Origin: Leptonemataceae bacterium
Lineage (GTDB): Bacteria; Spirochaetota; Leptospiria; Leptospirales; Leptonemataceae
Assembly: GCA_965227295.1 (NCBI GenBank)
Contig: OZ245742.1
Location: 5,056,001-5,120,000, forward strand
Length of the DNA stretch: 64,000 bases
Direction: 5' to 3'
The notes beneath the pieces are model-generated. The model searched no databases, was not told where the DNA came from, and saw only the letters and a program-made list of their open reading frames with translations. The translations under genes and the position numbers were made by a program. Below, piece by piece: positions 37,808-47,900 of the stretch (positions are counted from its first letter, which is position 1; each line of letters opens with the position of its first letter).

Positions 37808-39460
37808 GTGGAAGATTTTGGAGTGAGAGGATATGCCAGTATCTTCGCGCCGGCCTTGCTGCCGGCCCTGTGCGCTTCGTGCGGTCCCGACCTGTTCGCC
37901 TCGTACCCTCCCGTCATCGACGCCTCCGGAGAGATTGCCGGCGTTCGCACGGAATACATCGCCTATATTGAAGATCCCGCCGACGAACTGACGCTGGAAC
38001 GGGTGCGCGGGACGCCGACAGCCTGGCGGCCGCTTGCCAACGAAACACCGACGTTCGGCTACAGCTCCTCGTCCTACTGGTTGCGCTTCCTGCTTGAAAA
38101 TCGGAGCGACGTCGAACGCGACGTAATCCTGCTGTTGAACAACGAGTACATCGATCACTTTGATCTGTACGGCATCGAGTCTTCTCCGAACACGAAAGAG
38201 GAGCCCGTGTTTCATAAATCAGGCGGCCGAGAGCATCCCTTCGCGGCCCGCGGCCTTTTACACAGAAAATACGCCTATCCGCTGACCGTTCCGCCCCGCA
38301 CGCGCTACGACGTGTACCTGCACCTGCGCTCCAGGAACAGCCTGAATATTCCGCTCTTCGTTCTGTCCCGCTCCGATTACGAAGAAATGCGCGGGCACGA
38401 AAATCTGCGCATGGGCATCTACGGCGGACTGTTCATGCTCTTGCTCATCGTCACCACGGTGGTTTATTTTTTACTGGGGCAGAGCAGTTTTTTATACTAC
38501 ATCGGCTACCTGCTGTTCAGCTTCGCCTACCAGTTCTCTCTCCAGGGTTACGCATATAAGTATCTGTGGCCGAATCATCCGGTGTGGGCCGGCATGGTGA
38601 ACACCCTGGCGTTTTCCGCCGCCGCCGCCATGGCCGCTCTCTTCGCGCGCGAATTCCTGGAAACGCGAACGCGACATCCGCGTACAAATGCCGCGTTACT
38701 CGTCGCGGCCTGTTGCTGGGTTCTGCTGCCCGTCGGCCTGTGCCTCGTTCCCGCCGGCACCCTCGAATACATCATGGCGAAGGCCCTCGCCCCCGCGACG
38801 ATCGCGATCTTCTACTTCAGCGGCTGGCAGGCCTACGTCGGCGGTTACCGGCCGGCGCGGTTCTACGTACTGGCCTGGACCGCGTACCTGCCCTTCGCGT
38901 TTTTTTATCTCTTACAGGTGAACGGCGTCGTCTCCAACGGCATTACCGGCGTGGACATGCTCGAAAACCTGGCCATCGGCATTTCCCTGGAAATGCTCAT
39001 TTTTCCCTTCGCCATCGGTGATCGCATGCGTCTGGCGCTGGATGAGGGCGAGCACTTCGGCCGACGAAATCGCGCGAAGCAGAGATCGAGCAGCGCCTCG
39101 CGGTCCTCGCGGCTGGATCATGCCGATGTGGAACGACGGCTGCATGAAGCACTGGATGTTCGTAAGATTTATCAGAATGATATTAAACTGAGCGAGCTGG
39201 CCGGCGAAATCGATCTGAACGAAAAGGATCTTTCCAGTTATCTCAACAACGTCACGGGCAAGAGCTTTTACGCTTTGATCAATGAATATCGTGTCGCCGA
39301 AGCGAAAGAACTGTTACTGGAGCAACCGGACGAAAAGATCATCACGATTGCTCACGCCGTGGGCTTCCAGTCCCTGTCCACGTTTCACAGCGCCTTCCAA
39401 AAGGCCACCGGCATGAGCCCGCGGGAGTTTCGCAAACAAAACGGCGCCGGTTCGGCGTAG
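37808..39460 (+). CDS. 7TM-DISM sensor / AraC-family transcriptional regulator
   Basis: 7TMR-DISMED2 (FGYSSSSYWLRF), 7 TM segments, C-terminal HTH (INEYRVAEAK...IAHAVGFQSLSTFHSAFQKATGMSPREFRK). Confidence 0.9.
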   Translation: MEDFGVRGYASIFAPALLPALCASCGPDLFASYPPVIDASGEIAGVRTEYIAYIEDPADELTLERVRGTPTAWRPLANETPTFGYSSSSYWLRFLLENRSDVERDVILLLNNEYIDHFDLYGIESSPNTKEEPVFHKSGGREHPFAARGLLHRKYAYPLTVPPRTRYDVYLHLRSRNSLNIPLFVLSRSDYEEMRGHENLRMGIYGGLFMLLLIVTTVVYFLLGQSSFLYYIGYLLFSFAYQFSLQGYAYKYLWPNHPVWAGMVNTLAFSAAAAMAALFAREFLETRTRHPRTNAALLVAACCWVLLPVGLCLVPAGTLEYIMAKALAPATIAIFYFSGWQAYVGGYRPARFYVLAWTAYLPFAFFYLLQVNGVVSNGITGVDMLENLAIGISLEMLIFPFAIGDRMRLALDEGEHFGRRNRAKQRSSSASRSSRLDHADVERRLHEALDVRKIYQNDIKLSELAGEIDLNEKDLSSYLNNVTGKSFYALINEYRVAEAKELLLEQPDEKIITIAHAVGFQSLSTFHSAFQKATGMSPREFRKQNGAGSA

Positions 39461-39471
39461 TCCGCGGTGCT

Positions 39472-40353
39472 TTAGCGGCCGCGCATTTCCCGCAATCGCC
39501 CCTGCGCGTCCTGAATCTGCTGCGTCATCTTCGGCGGCACGCGGCGCAGAAACTCTTCGAGGTTCGCCACGGCGGCGCCTTTCTTCGCTAACTTCTGCTG
39601 AACGATTCCTAAGTTGAGATAGGCCTCGAAACGATCCGGCGTGAGCCGAATGACGCGCTGATAATCCTGCTCCGCGAGTCCCAGGGCCCCCGTCTGTTGA
39701 TGCACGACGCCCAGGTTGTAATGCGCGTTGGCGTAGTTCGGATCGATCTGCAACGCGCGGCGCAACGTTCGCTCCGCCGCTTCGCGATCTCCGAGCCCGA
39801 GGTACGCCGTGGCCAGGTTCGTTTCAATGTCCGCGTTCTCTTTCAAGGCCGCAGCGTTTTCAAAGTGGCGCGCCGCCTCTTCGTAACGGCCGGCGTTGTA
39901 GTAAATGAGGCCGGCGTAAGCCTGGGCGTCGAAGTAGTCTTTGTTGATGCTGATCGCTTTGAGGAACGCCGCAAGGGCCGGCTCGTAATCGCTCGCCGAG
40001 TAAAACGCGAGGCCCATATTGTAATGATACATCGCTTCGCCCGGGCGCAACTCTACGGCCTTCTGAAAAAACTCCACCGCCTTCGGGATCTCCCCCATGC
40101 GCAGATAACTCATGCCGATGTTGTTCGGATACTCCGCGTTTTCCGGGTCGACCTCGTGGGCTTCGAGAAAGTGCGGCAACGAACGCACGAAGGCGGCCTG
40201 TTGAAAATGCGCGAGGCCGGTTTCGTTTGCGGCTTCGGCCCGAGCGCGGGCCGTGTCCGAGACCGTGGGGGAGCAGGCTGCGAGGGTCGACAGCGAAACG
40301 GACAGCAGGATCGCGAGAATTTTTTTGCGGGGTGCCATGCTCATATCCTTCAA
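39472..40353 (-). CDS. TPR-repeat lipoprotein (paralog group A)
   Basis: Lipobox LAAC; EYPNNIG, MYHYNMGL, HYNLGV, YLNLGIVQ. Confidence 0.9.
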   Translation of the reverse strand: MKDMSMAPRKKILAILLSVSLSTLAACSPTVSDTARARAEAANETGLAHFQQAAFVRSLPHFLEAHEVDPENAEYPNNIGMSYLRMGEIPKAVEFFQKAVELRPGEAMYHYNMGLAFYSASDYEPALAAFLKAISINKDYFDAQAYAGLIYYNAGRYEEAARHFENAAALKENADIETNLATAYLGLGDREAAERTLRRALQIDPNYANAHYNLGVVHQQTGALGLAEQDYQRVIRLTPDRFEAYLNLGIVQQKLAKKGAAVANLEEFLRRVPPKMTQQIQDAQGRLREMRGR

Positions 40354-41345
40354 GGAGTCGAGCGTTCTTCGCCCTCGATCAGCGAACCGTTTTGAAACGT
40401 TCCCGACTTTTGCGTTCCGTCCTTGAACGTCAACGTGCCGCTGCCGTGGAACTCGCCGTTCTGGAATTCGCCTTCGTAGCGCAGATAACTTACGAATTCG
40501 GACGGATATAGCATGATGCCGGAACCGGTCTGTTCTCCTTCGACGAACGTTCCGACGTACTTGCGGCCGTCGCTGTAGATGTAGGTACCCTCACCGTGCG
40601 GAATACCGTCTGCCAGGCGGCCGATGTAAACGTCCCCGCGATTAAACTGCTCGTCGCCGTACGCTAAGACGCCGTCATACATCGCACCGTCGCGCCATTC
40701 GCCGACGAAGCGTTGCCCGTCGCGCCAGACCATCATTCCACGACCGTGCATCTGGTTGTTCTTGAATTCGCCGGAGTACCGGAACTCGAACGGATCTTCG
40801 GATCCTTCCAGTGCACGTTCGTAAAAGCCGTAGCCCTCGAATCGATTTTCGCGCATCTGTCCCAGGTAATAACGCCCGTCGCCCGGATGCCGGAACTCGC
40901 CGTAGCCGTGGCGCTGACTGCCCTGCCATTCGCCGATGTAGTACTGGCCGGTATTCGCGCCGCCGAATTCGTAGCGCCCGAAGCCCTCGGACTGGTTGTC
41001 CTGGAACTGGCCGGTGTACGTACTCTGCGTGGCCGCCTGGCTTTGTTCGCCGTAGCCGTCCTTGTAACCGCCGGAAAACTCGCCGGTGTAGATGTCCTTC
41101 TCGGCGTCGATGTATCGGCCGTAGTACATCTCGCCGTCCACGAAGGTGCCGTGGAACTTCTGCCCGCCGCGGAAATCCATGTCGCCCACGCCGTTTTCGC
41201 AGTTGCCGGCGGTGCAGCGGCCGGGGGCCGGGGAGCAGTGGGAGACGGCGAGCAGCGTGCAGAAGGCACGGCAAAGCAGGCCCAGCCCGTCCCGATTCAC
41301 CCGACGATTAAGCAAGATGGACCCGCCGATCAAACCGTTGCTCAT
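40350..41345 (-). CDS. MORN-repeat lipoprotein (start may be GTG at 41300)
   Basis: C..GNCENG.G followed by repeated Y.G.(F/W)..G..(H/D)G.G. Confidence 0.85.
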   Translation of the reverse strand: MSNGLIGGSILLNRRVNRDGLGLLCRAFCTLLAVSHCSPAPGRCTAGNCENGVGDMDFRGGQKFHGTFVDGEMYYGRYIDAEKDIYTGEFSGGYKDGYGEQSQAATQSTYTGQFQDNQSEGFGRYEFGGANTGQYYIGEWQGSQRHGYGEFRHPGDGRYYLGQMRENRFEGYGFYERALEGSEDPFEFRYSGEFKNNQMHGRGMMVWRDGQRFVGEWRDGAMYDGVLAYGDEQFNRGDVYIGRLADGIPHGEGTYIYSDGRKYVGTFVEGEQTGSGIMLYPSEFVSYLRYEGEFQNGEFHGSGTLTFKDGTQKSGTFQNGSLIEGEERSTP

Positions 41346-41940
41346 TCAGATTATCGTTGTCAAAGATAGGCAATCCGCCTGCCCCGTATTCCGGCGTGAT
41401 GTGTAATTCCAGATTCGGCGCCACCGCAAACATGGTCCCGGTGTCCAAGCGCGGACATATGCCAATCACACGCGATGGGCCACCCACAGCACGATCCTTT
41501 AAAAGAACCTCAAATCCGACAAAGGTAGACCCGATAATTCCTTGAACGATAGCGTCCGCATATTCCGGACTGGATACGGCAGAAACACTGACCCAGTTCC
41601 AATCGTCAAAGTCCCCACCGAGAGTCGTCGGATCATCGGGAGGTGGCGGGCCGATACTTCCCATCAACTGCTCGTTGATCTTATCCCCCGCGATGCAAAA
41701 ATAGGAGCCGTCGCCTCCCAACTGAAACGAAAGGAAACCGACGCCGCGGGCAATAAGAGCCCCGGCAGGAAAGCCGTAGCCGTCTTCCTGGTATTTCTTT
41801 ACAATTTCCGCAGGCACGGCAGGGCCGACCGTGCGTATATGTCTCACAACGTCCACGATGGTCCTGCCGACGAGGCTTCCCGGGGAAGGGCGCAACTCAC
41901 TCAGGGGAGTCCATGTAAATTTCGACGGTTGAACACTCAT
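41308..41940 (-). CDS. Putative immunity protein (family shared with 13700 and 62971)
   Basis: Likely start MSVQP 8 nt after the toxin 4 stop; LVGRTIVDVVR, LIARGVGFLSF, SSPEYADAIVQGIIG. Confidence 0.75.
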   Translation of the reverse strand: MSVQPSKFTWTPLSELRPSPGSLVGRTIVDVVRHIRTVGPAVPAEIVKKYQEDGYGFPAGALIARGVGFLSFQLGGDGSYFCIAGDKINEQLMGSIGPPPPDDPTTLGGDFDDWNWVSVSAVSSPEYADAIVQGIIGSTFVGFEVLLKDRAVGGPSRVIGICPRLDTGTMFAVAPNLELHITPEYGAGGLPIFDNDNLNEQRFDRRVHLA

Positions 41941-41947
41941 ACGCCCG

Positions 41948-44900
41948 CTACTTGCTCGACGGAATTGCATTAATGAGACGCTGGATTTGCTCCAATGCGT
42001 CGCTGTTTTTGACACCCTCGTCTACCGTCGAAGGATCGATGAGTGTCACGCTTCCGGTCTTTACGTCGACCATAATCTGCGGATCCCCCACGCTGATCGG
42101 TGGGATACCGTTATCAGGATCTCCGCGCAGAAACTTGTGCAATTCCTTCAGTTTTTTCCGGGTCTTGTCGCGCATGGCGGGCGGCGCATCCGGAGCTTCC
42201 TTCTTGATCTTCGAGAAATCGGTCTTACAGTTGTGTCCCTTCAGCTTACGCATGAGCACACCGTAACCCTCCTCTCCTCTGCCGATGTTTTCCATTCGAC
42301 GAACTTCACTCGCGTCGACAATATCAACCTTCGCCCCCCGGGCCGCCTTGAGATTCTGGAGTTCCTTGAGTCTCCTCACCATCCCACGTAAGGCGTCCGG
42401 GTTGCGCGGATCCAGCGGTCGGGCGAGGACGACATCGTTTATGGGCTTGCCCGTCTTACGATCGAACAGGTCGTAGATCTGTTTTTCGTCGCCTTTCGCA
42501 CCATTGCGTGCCTCGCGTTTAATATCATGGGTCTCAAGTTTATCCCACGTTTTTTGGAAGCGGCGAAGGTACGACTTTAGACCGCATGCGAGACAGTCAT
42601 CCGCATCGTTGTCATTGTGCACCAACCACGCCGCGTCACCCGCGAAGTAGTTATGATCGCCCTCGACCTCGATGTTGAAGATCGGCTCGCTGCGTTTTAG
42701 TTGCCGCGTTTCAATACTCGTAATCGCCGCGAGTTCACCGTCCACCGGACGCAGGCGATCGCCGACCTTCAGGTCTTTCGCCGCGACCCACTCCCCGCGC
42801 TCCTCGATCCAGAACGGGTGGTTGTCGGTAGCGGTGATGGAGTCCTGGCCGACACGAATGTCGTACCAAACGATAGTGATGTCCCGGAAAAGCTGCGTAA
42901 CCTTGCGTTCGGTCGCTTTACCGGTCGCGGTATCGAAGGCGAGCACTGAATCACCGATGGCCAGATCTTCAATGTTTACCCGACCATCCGGCGTGAGTAC
43001 CGGCGTTCCGGAGGGCAGACATTTGGTACAGACGGAACATGCTGCCAGGCCGATCTTATCGAGTTTGTCTTTGCTCTTGCGTGACGCCCCGGCGACCAAC
43101 TTATCCAGGGCCTTCTTGCTCTGCTTCCCGATCATGTCGCCGACTTTCGTGCCGCTTGCCAGGTCAAAACCCGCAAGAGCGATGCCCAGGTAGTCGGGCT
43201 TACGAACGGCAACGATAAGGTCCGCCGCGGCGATAAAACGACCGAGCCCCGGCACAAAGCTGGCCACGGTTCCCATCGCCGGGTCTCCGCCGGCCTCGGA
43301 AATCGCCTCGGCAAACTTAAAAAACTCCTCTATGTGAAAGTCGCCGGTAACCAGAGCAACGGCCGCCTCTTTCACATTCGAGAGCTTATCACCCGCCTCA
43401 TTGATGAGACCCAGGGCGATCTCTCTGGCAGTGTCGAGGTACTGATCAAGCAGGCCCTGTTCCCGATCTTCGTCATTCGTATGTTCCAGGCCGGGCTGTT
43501 CTTTTTTCATGGCGGCTTCGAGTTCCGCCGCGTAACGTTGTTTGATTATCTCCTTCGCCGCCTTGCGCCGCATCAGCGCGGCCTGGGCGCGTTTCTCCTG
43601 GGCGTCGCGGTACTCCTTGCCGGACTCATACTCCGTCAGCCACTCGGACACCCACTCGTCCGGCGTCTTCGCCTCACCGTTCGCAGTGACCCACTTCGTA
43701 GGTTTACCGGGAACGACCTTTAGAATGCTCTCGGGCGATTGAGACGAGGGTCGACCGCTCAGTTCCACTCGCAGTGCGTTCAGCGCACGATTGTAGACGG
43801 CGTCGTTGTAGTCGCGCTTACCCGCATCGAGGCCTTCTTCCAGGGCCTTCGCGGAACCACCGTTGAGATTCAGCTCCGGATCCGGGATCCCATCCAGGCA
43901 CTGGACCTGCGATTCGCCTGTAAGATTAATGCATTTGTCGATCGCCGCTTTACGTTCGCTGCGGCTGTCGCCGGTGAGCTTTGCCTGCTCGGATACGAAC
44001 TGCTGACCGACCGGAGAATTCGCCATCCAGTAACCGACGAACTCTTCTTTGGTCAGCTTGAGCATGCCGCCCGTGTCGCCTCCCCCCAGGTCGATCGGCT
44101 TGATATTCTCGCAGACGATGTAATCGCCTTCCGCGTAGACCTTCCTGTTGTCGCTGTTCAGAGCCGATCCCGTCTTTTCCCAGGGAATCTGCTTCTCTAC
44201 ATTCGATAGTTCCCCATCGAACACAACGTTGTACATCGCCTCGGTAAACGAACCGTCGCGATTTACGTAAGCCGGATCCGCGATGGGAAAGGTAACGCGT
44301 TTCTCGCTCGTGCGATCCCATCCCGAGGCTACTCCCGGGGGATCCCAGATCGAAGCCGTGCCTCCCATATCTCGCGAACGCGCGCTATCGAGGTTGCCCG
44401 TGAGCAGACTGAGCGTATCCTGTTCGCCCATAACGGAATTCAGTAACGCCGGATCGAGTTCGATGCCGGTCAGGTCACCGATTTCCTCTGCAATAGAGGC
44501 GAGTAATTCTTCCTCGTTGATATCGTAGGTAAAACCGTCTTCGTCCAGGCCGGCGGTAATGCCGTGTCCGGACAGCCCCGCACCGAAGCCGTTCTCGGTA
44601 TCGTAACCGCCGCTCAGATCGAAGCCGTTCACGCTGCCGCTGGTACCGATCGAGGCGTTGCCGTTGGAATCGGCGCCGGCGTTAACATTCACACCGTCGA
44701 TGTTACCGCTGACGTCACCGGAGACGGTGCCGTTGCCGTCCACACCCGCGTTGACATTGACGCCGTCGATATTCCCGCTGACGCCGCCGGACACGTTGCC
44801 GTTCGAATCCACGCCGGCATTCACGTCGATCGCATTGCCGTCCGGATCTTCTCCCGAAATGCTCGTGGAAACATTGCCATTGGAATCGCCGCTGACACTC

Positions 44901-47900
44901 ACATCGGTGCCGTCGATGGAACCGGACACCCCGCCGCTGATCGTTCCATCGGGTCCGATGCCGGTCGTCAGCCCAACGCCGTCGATATGCGTCGTAACAC
45001 CGCCGGTGACGTTGCCGTTCTCGTCGACACCCGCATTAACGTCCGTGCCGTTGATGTTACCCGCGACGCCGCCGGTGACGTTGCCGTTCTCGTCCACGCC
45101 CGCGTTCACATCCGTTCCGTTGATATTACCTGACACACCACCGGTGACGTTGCCGTTCTCGTCCACGCCCGCGTTCACATCCGTGCCGTTAATATTACCC
45201 GCGACGCCGCCGGTGACGTTGCCGTCCTCGTCCACGCCCGCGTTCACATCCGTGCCGTTGATGTTACCCGCGACGCCGCCGGTGACGTTGCCGTTCTCGT
45301 CCACGCCCGCATTCACATCCGTTCCGTTGATATTACCTGACACACCACCGGTGACGTTGCCGTTCTCGTCCACGCCCGCATTGACGTCCGTTCCGTTGAT
45401 GTTACCTGACACACCACCGGTGACGTTGCCGTTCTCGTCCACGCCCGCATTAACGTCCGTTCCGTTGATGTTACCCGAGACATTGCCGGTTACGTTGCCG
45501 TTCTCGTCGACACCCGCGTTCACATCCGTGCCGTTGAGATTGCCCGCGACGCCGCCCGTTACGTTGCCGTCGCCGTCGACGTCCGCGTTGACATCCACAT
45601 CACCGATCGTACCCGCAACACCGCCCGTTACGTTCCCATTCTCATCGATACCCAGGTTCAAATCCAGGTCGTCGATGCTGCCCGTGACGCCGCCCGTTAC
45701 GTTGCCGTTTTCGTCGCTGCCCGCATTTACATCGACGTCGTCGATGTTGCCGGCCAGAAATCCCGTCCAGCCGTCGGGACCGAGGGCAAAACCGCCGTCC
45801 AGGTCCCCATTTGAATAACCGCCGGAAGCAGTGAGCCCCGTGGAGGGGTTGTATGCCAGATCCGCGAAGCCGTCTTCGCCGTCCCAGTCCACCGATGCGG
45901 AGAATCCGGTCGCAGGATCGTACAGGACACCGCCGGACAACGTGTTCTCGTCGTCGACGAGCGAGGCTTGAAGAGTCGCGGCTTCGAGATTGCCGGATGC
46001 ATCGAAGTACAGACCGCCCGTCGCGCCCAGACCGTTCCCGGCATCATCGAAGTCCTCATAGCCCGCCACGACCGCGGCGCCCGTGAATCCGGACCGATCA
46101 AACTCCATGGCTCCGGCGGCGGAAAAACCGTCATCGTTCGAGTAACCGCCATCGAGTCTTCCGCCGGTAACTCCTGTTCGATCAAAGTTAAGGCCCGCCG
46201 TCAGTCCCAGGCCGTCCTCCCCGTAGCCGACCGTAAGGCTCCCGCCGGTAACACCCTGGCCTTCTTGAAACGAAAGACTGCCGCCGACCGTGAAGCCGGT
46301 GTCGCCGAGCGGCAGCGCCCCGCCGATGGAACCGCCGAAGCCGTTCTCCGGATCGTACGTCAGGCTGACGCTACCGCCGACCTGCTGGGCAAAAAGATTT
46401 GCGTAGGCTCCCACACCGGAGGCCGCGGCCTGCTTTAAGATCGTATCCGTATCTTCGCCGGCAAGATAACCTTTATAGGCACCCTTCGCCGCCATGTATC
46501 CGGCAAACGCCGCCGAGCCCCAACCGCTGCCGACGGCCGCGGCGCCGGCCACTTTTTCACCGGCCTGCACGGCCGTTCCCAGGGCCGGATTGTGATCGGC
46601 GTTTCGCCAGACGTAGGTCGTACCGAGCGTCGCCACGTCCTCGGGCTTCGGCTGTGCCGCTTCCTGCGCGGCCTTCTTTTTGTTTTTGTCGGCGATGGTC
46701 GTGCGCTTCAGGAAACCGGCGAGGCCGGGAATGCCCGTCGCCTCTTCCAGTTTTTCCGCGACGAGTTCATCGGTGTAGGCCTGGAAGGCGGCCGTCATGT
46801 TTTCGCCGCTGAAGTCGACACCGCCGCCCGAAACGAGCCCGCTCACGAATCCCGCCGGCAGACCCGTCGCATCGACGATCGCCTGGGCGATGAGATTATC
46901 CGTTTCCGTTTCCACGTAATCACGGACGGCGTCCTGCGCCGACATGCCGCCCATCATCGACGTGAAGATGCCGGCCGGGAACCCGGTGACCTCGGCGACA
47001 TGCGCGGCCACCTGATTCTGCATATGATTCGTGACGGCCTGTTGCAGGGAAATGCCGCCGGAGAACATCGCCGTGGCGATGGACTGCAACTGCGACATGA
47101 AGCCTTTCTTCTTTTTCTTGCGTTTAATCTGAGCCTGGATGTCGTTTTGAAAATTCTGAAAGTTGTCGACGGCAGTCTGATTGGCGGCCTGGAGAATGCT
47201 CTGCACACCCTTGAACTTCGCTTCGAGTAATTCCTGATTCTCCGCGACGTTGTCCTGATACTCATCGATGACCGCGGATCGATCCCACTGCTCGAAGACG
47301 TTGCCGGTATCCACCATCTTCACCGGCGGCGGCGGAGCGATGTTCAAAGCCTGCTCGGTGAATTCGGCGTCGTAGTCATCCGCGGAGAGACCGGATCCGC
47401 GGTTATGAACGGCGCGACCGCTGTGAATTTGTCGGGTGGCGCTGATCGAGCCGTCGGCGTTGATGGTAGTTTCGAAACCCTCCACGCCGATGCCGCTGAT
47501 GTCCTGGCCCTGCGCCACCGCGGCGATCCGATTCGTCGCCTGTTCGCGCTGCTCGTGTATGCGACGGTTCAGCTCCGATGCCAGGGTCAGCTGGGCGACA
47601 CCGCGCGCGCTCTGATTAAAACTCTGCGCGACCCCGTTCAACAGTGAGAAGTCGGGGGCGTTCCCGCCGCGTTCCAGCAGCGCATCCGTCCCCGCCACGC
47701 TGCGTTCGAAGACATCGCCTGCCGCGGCCACCACGGCCAGCGCCCGCTTCGTCGCGTTTTCATCGAGGGGGGCCGGCGCCGCGGCCTTGCCTGCGACCAC
47801 CGCGCGCCACTGATTGCGGCCGTTGCGATACTCGGTGAGCATGCCCGCGTACCAACGATTGCGCTCCCCGACGATCTGCCCCACCGCGGCTTCGTAGGCC

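Noticed and set aside
32768..43021. Hint domains as mobile inteins
   Set aside because: No homing endonuclease, and the +1 residues are Tyr and Asp; they fit toxin-type autoprocessing Hint domains
44658..45818. 386-aa Pro/Thr-rich plus-strand ORF and other long antisense ORFs over the giant genes
   Set aside because: Antisense shadows of high-GC or repetitive coding sequence
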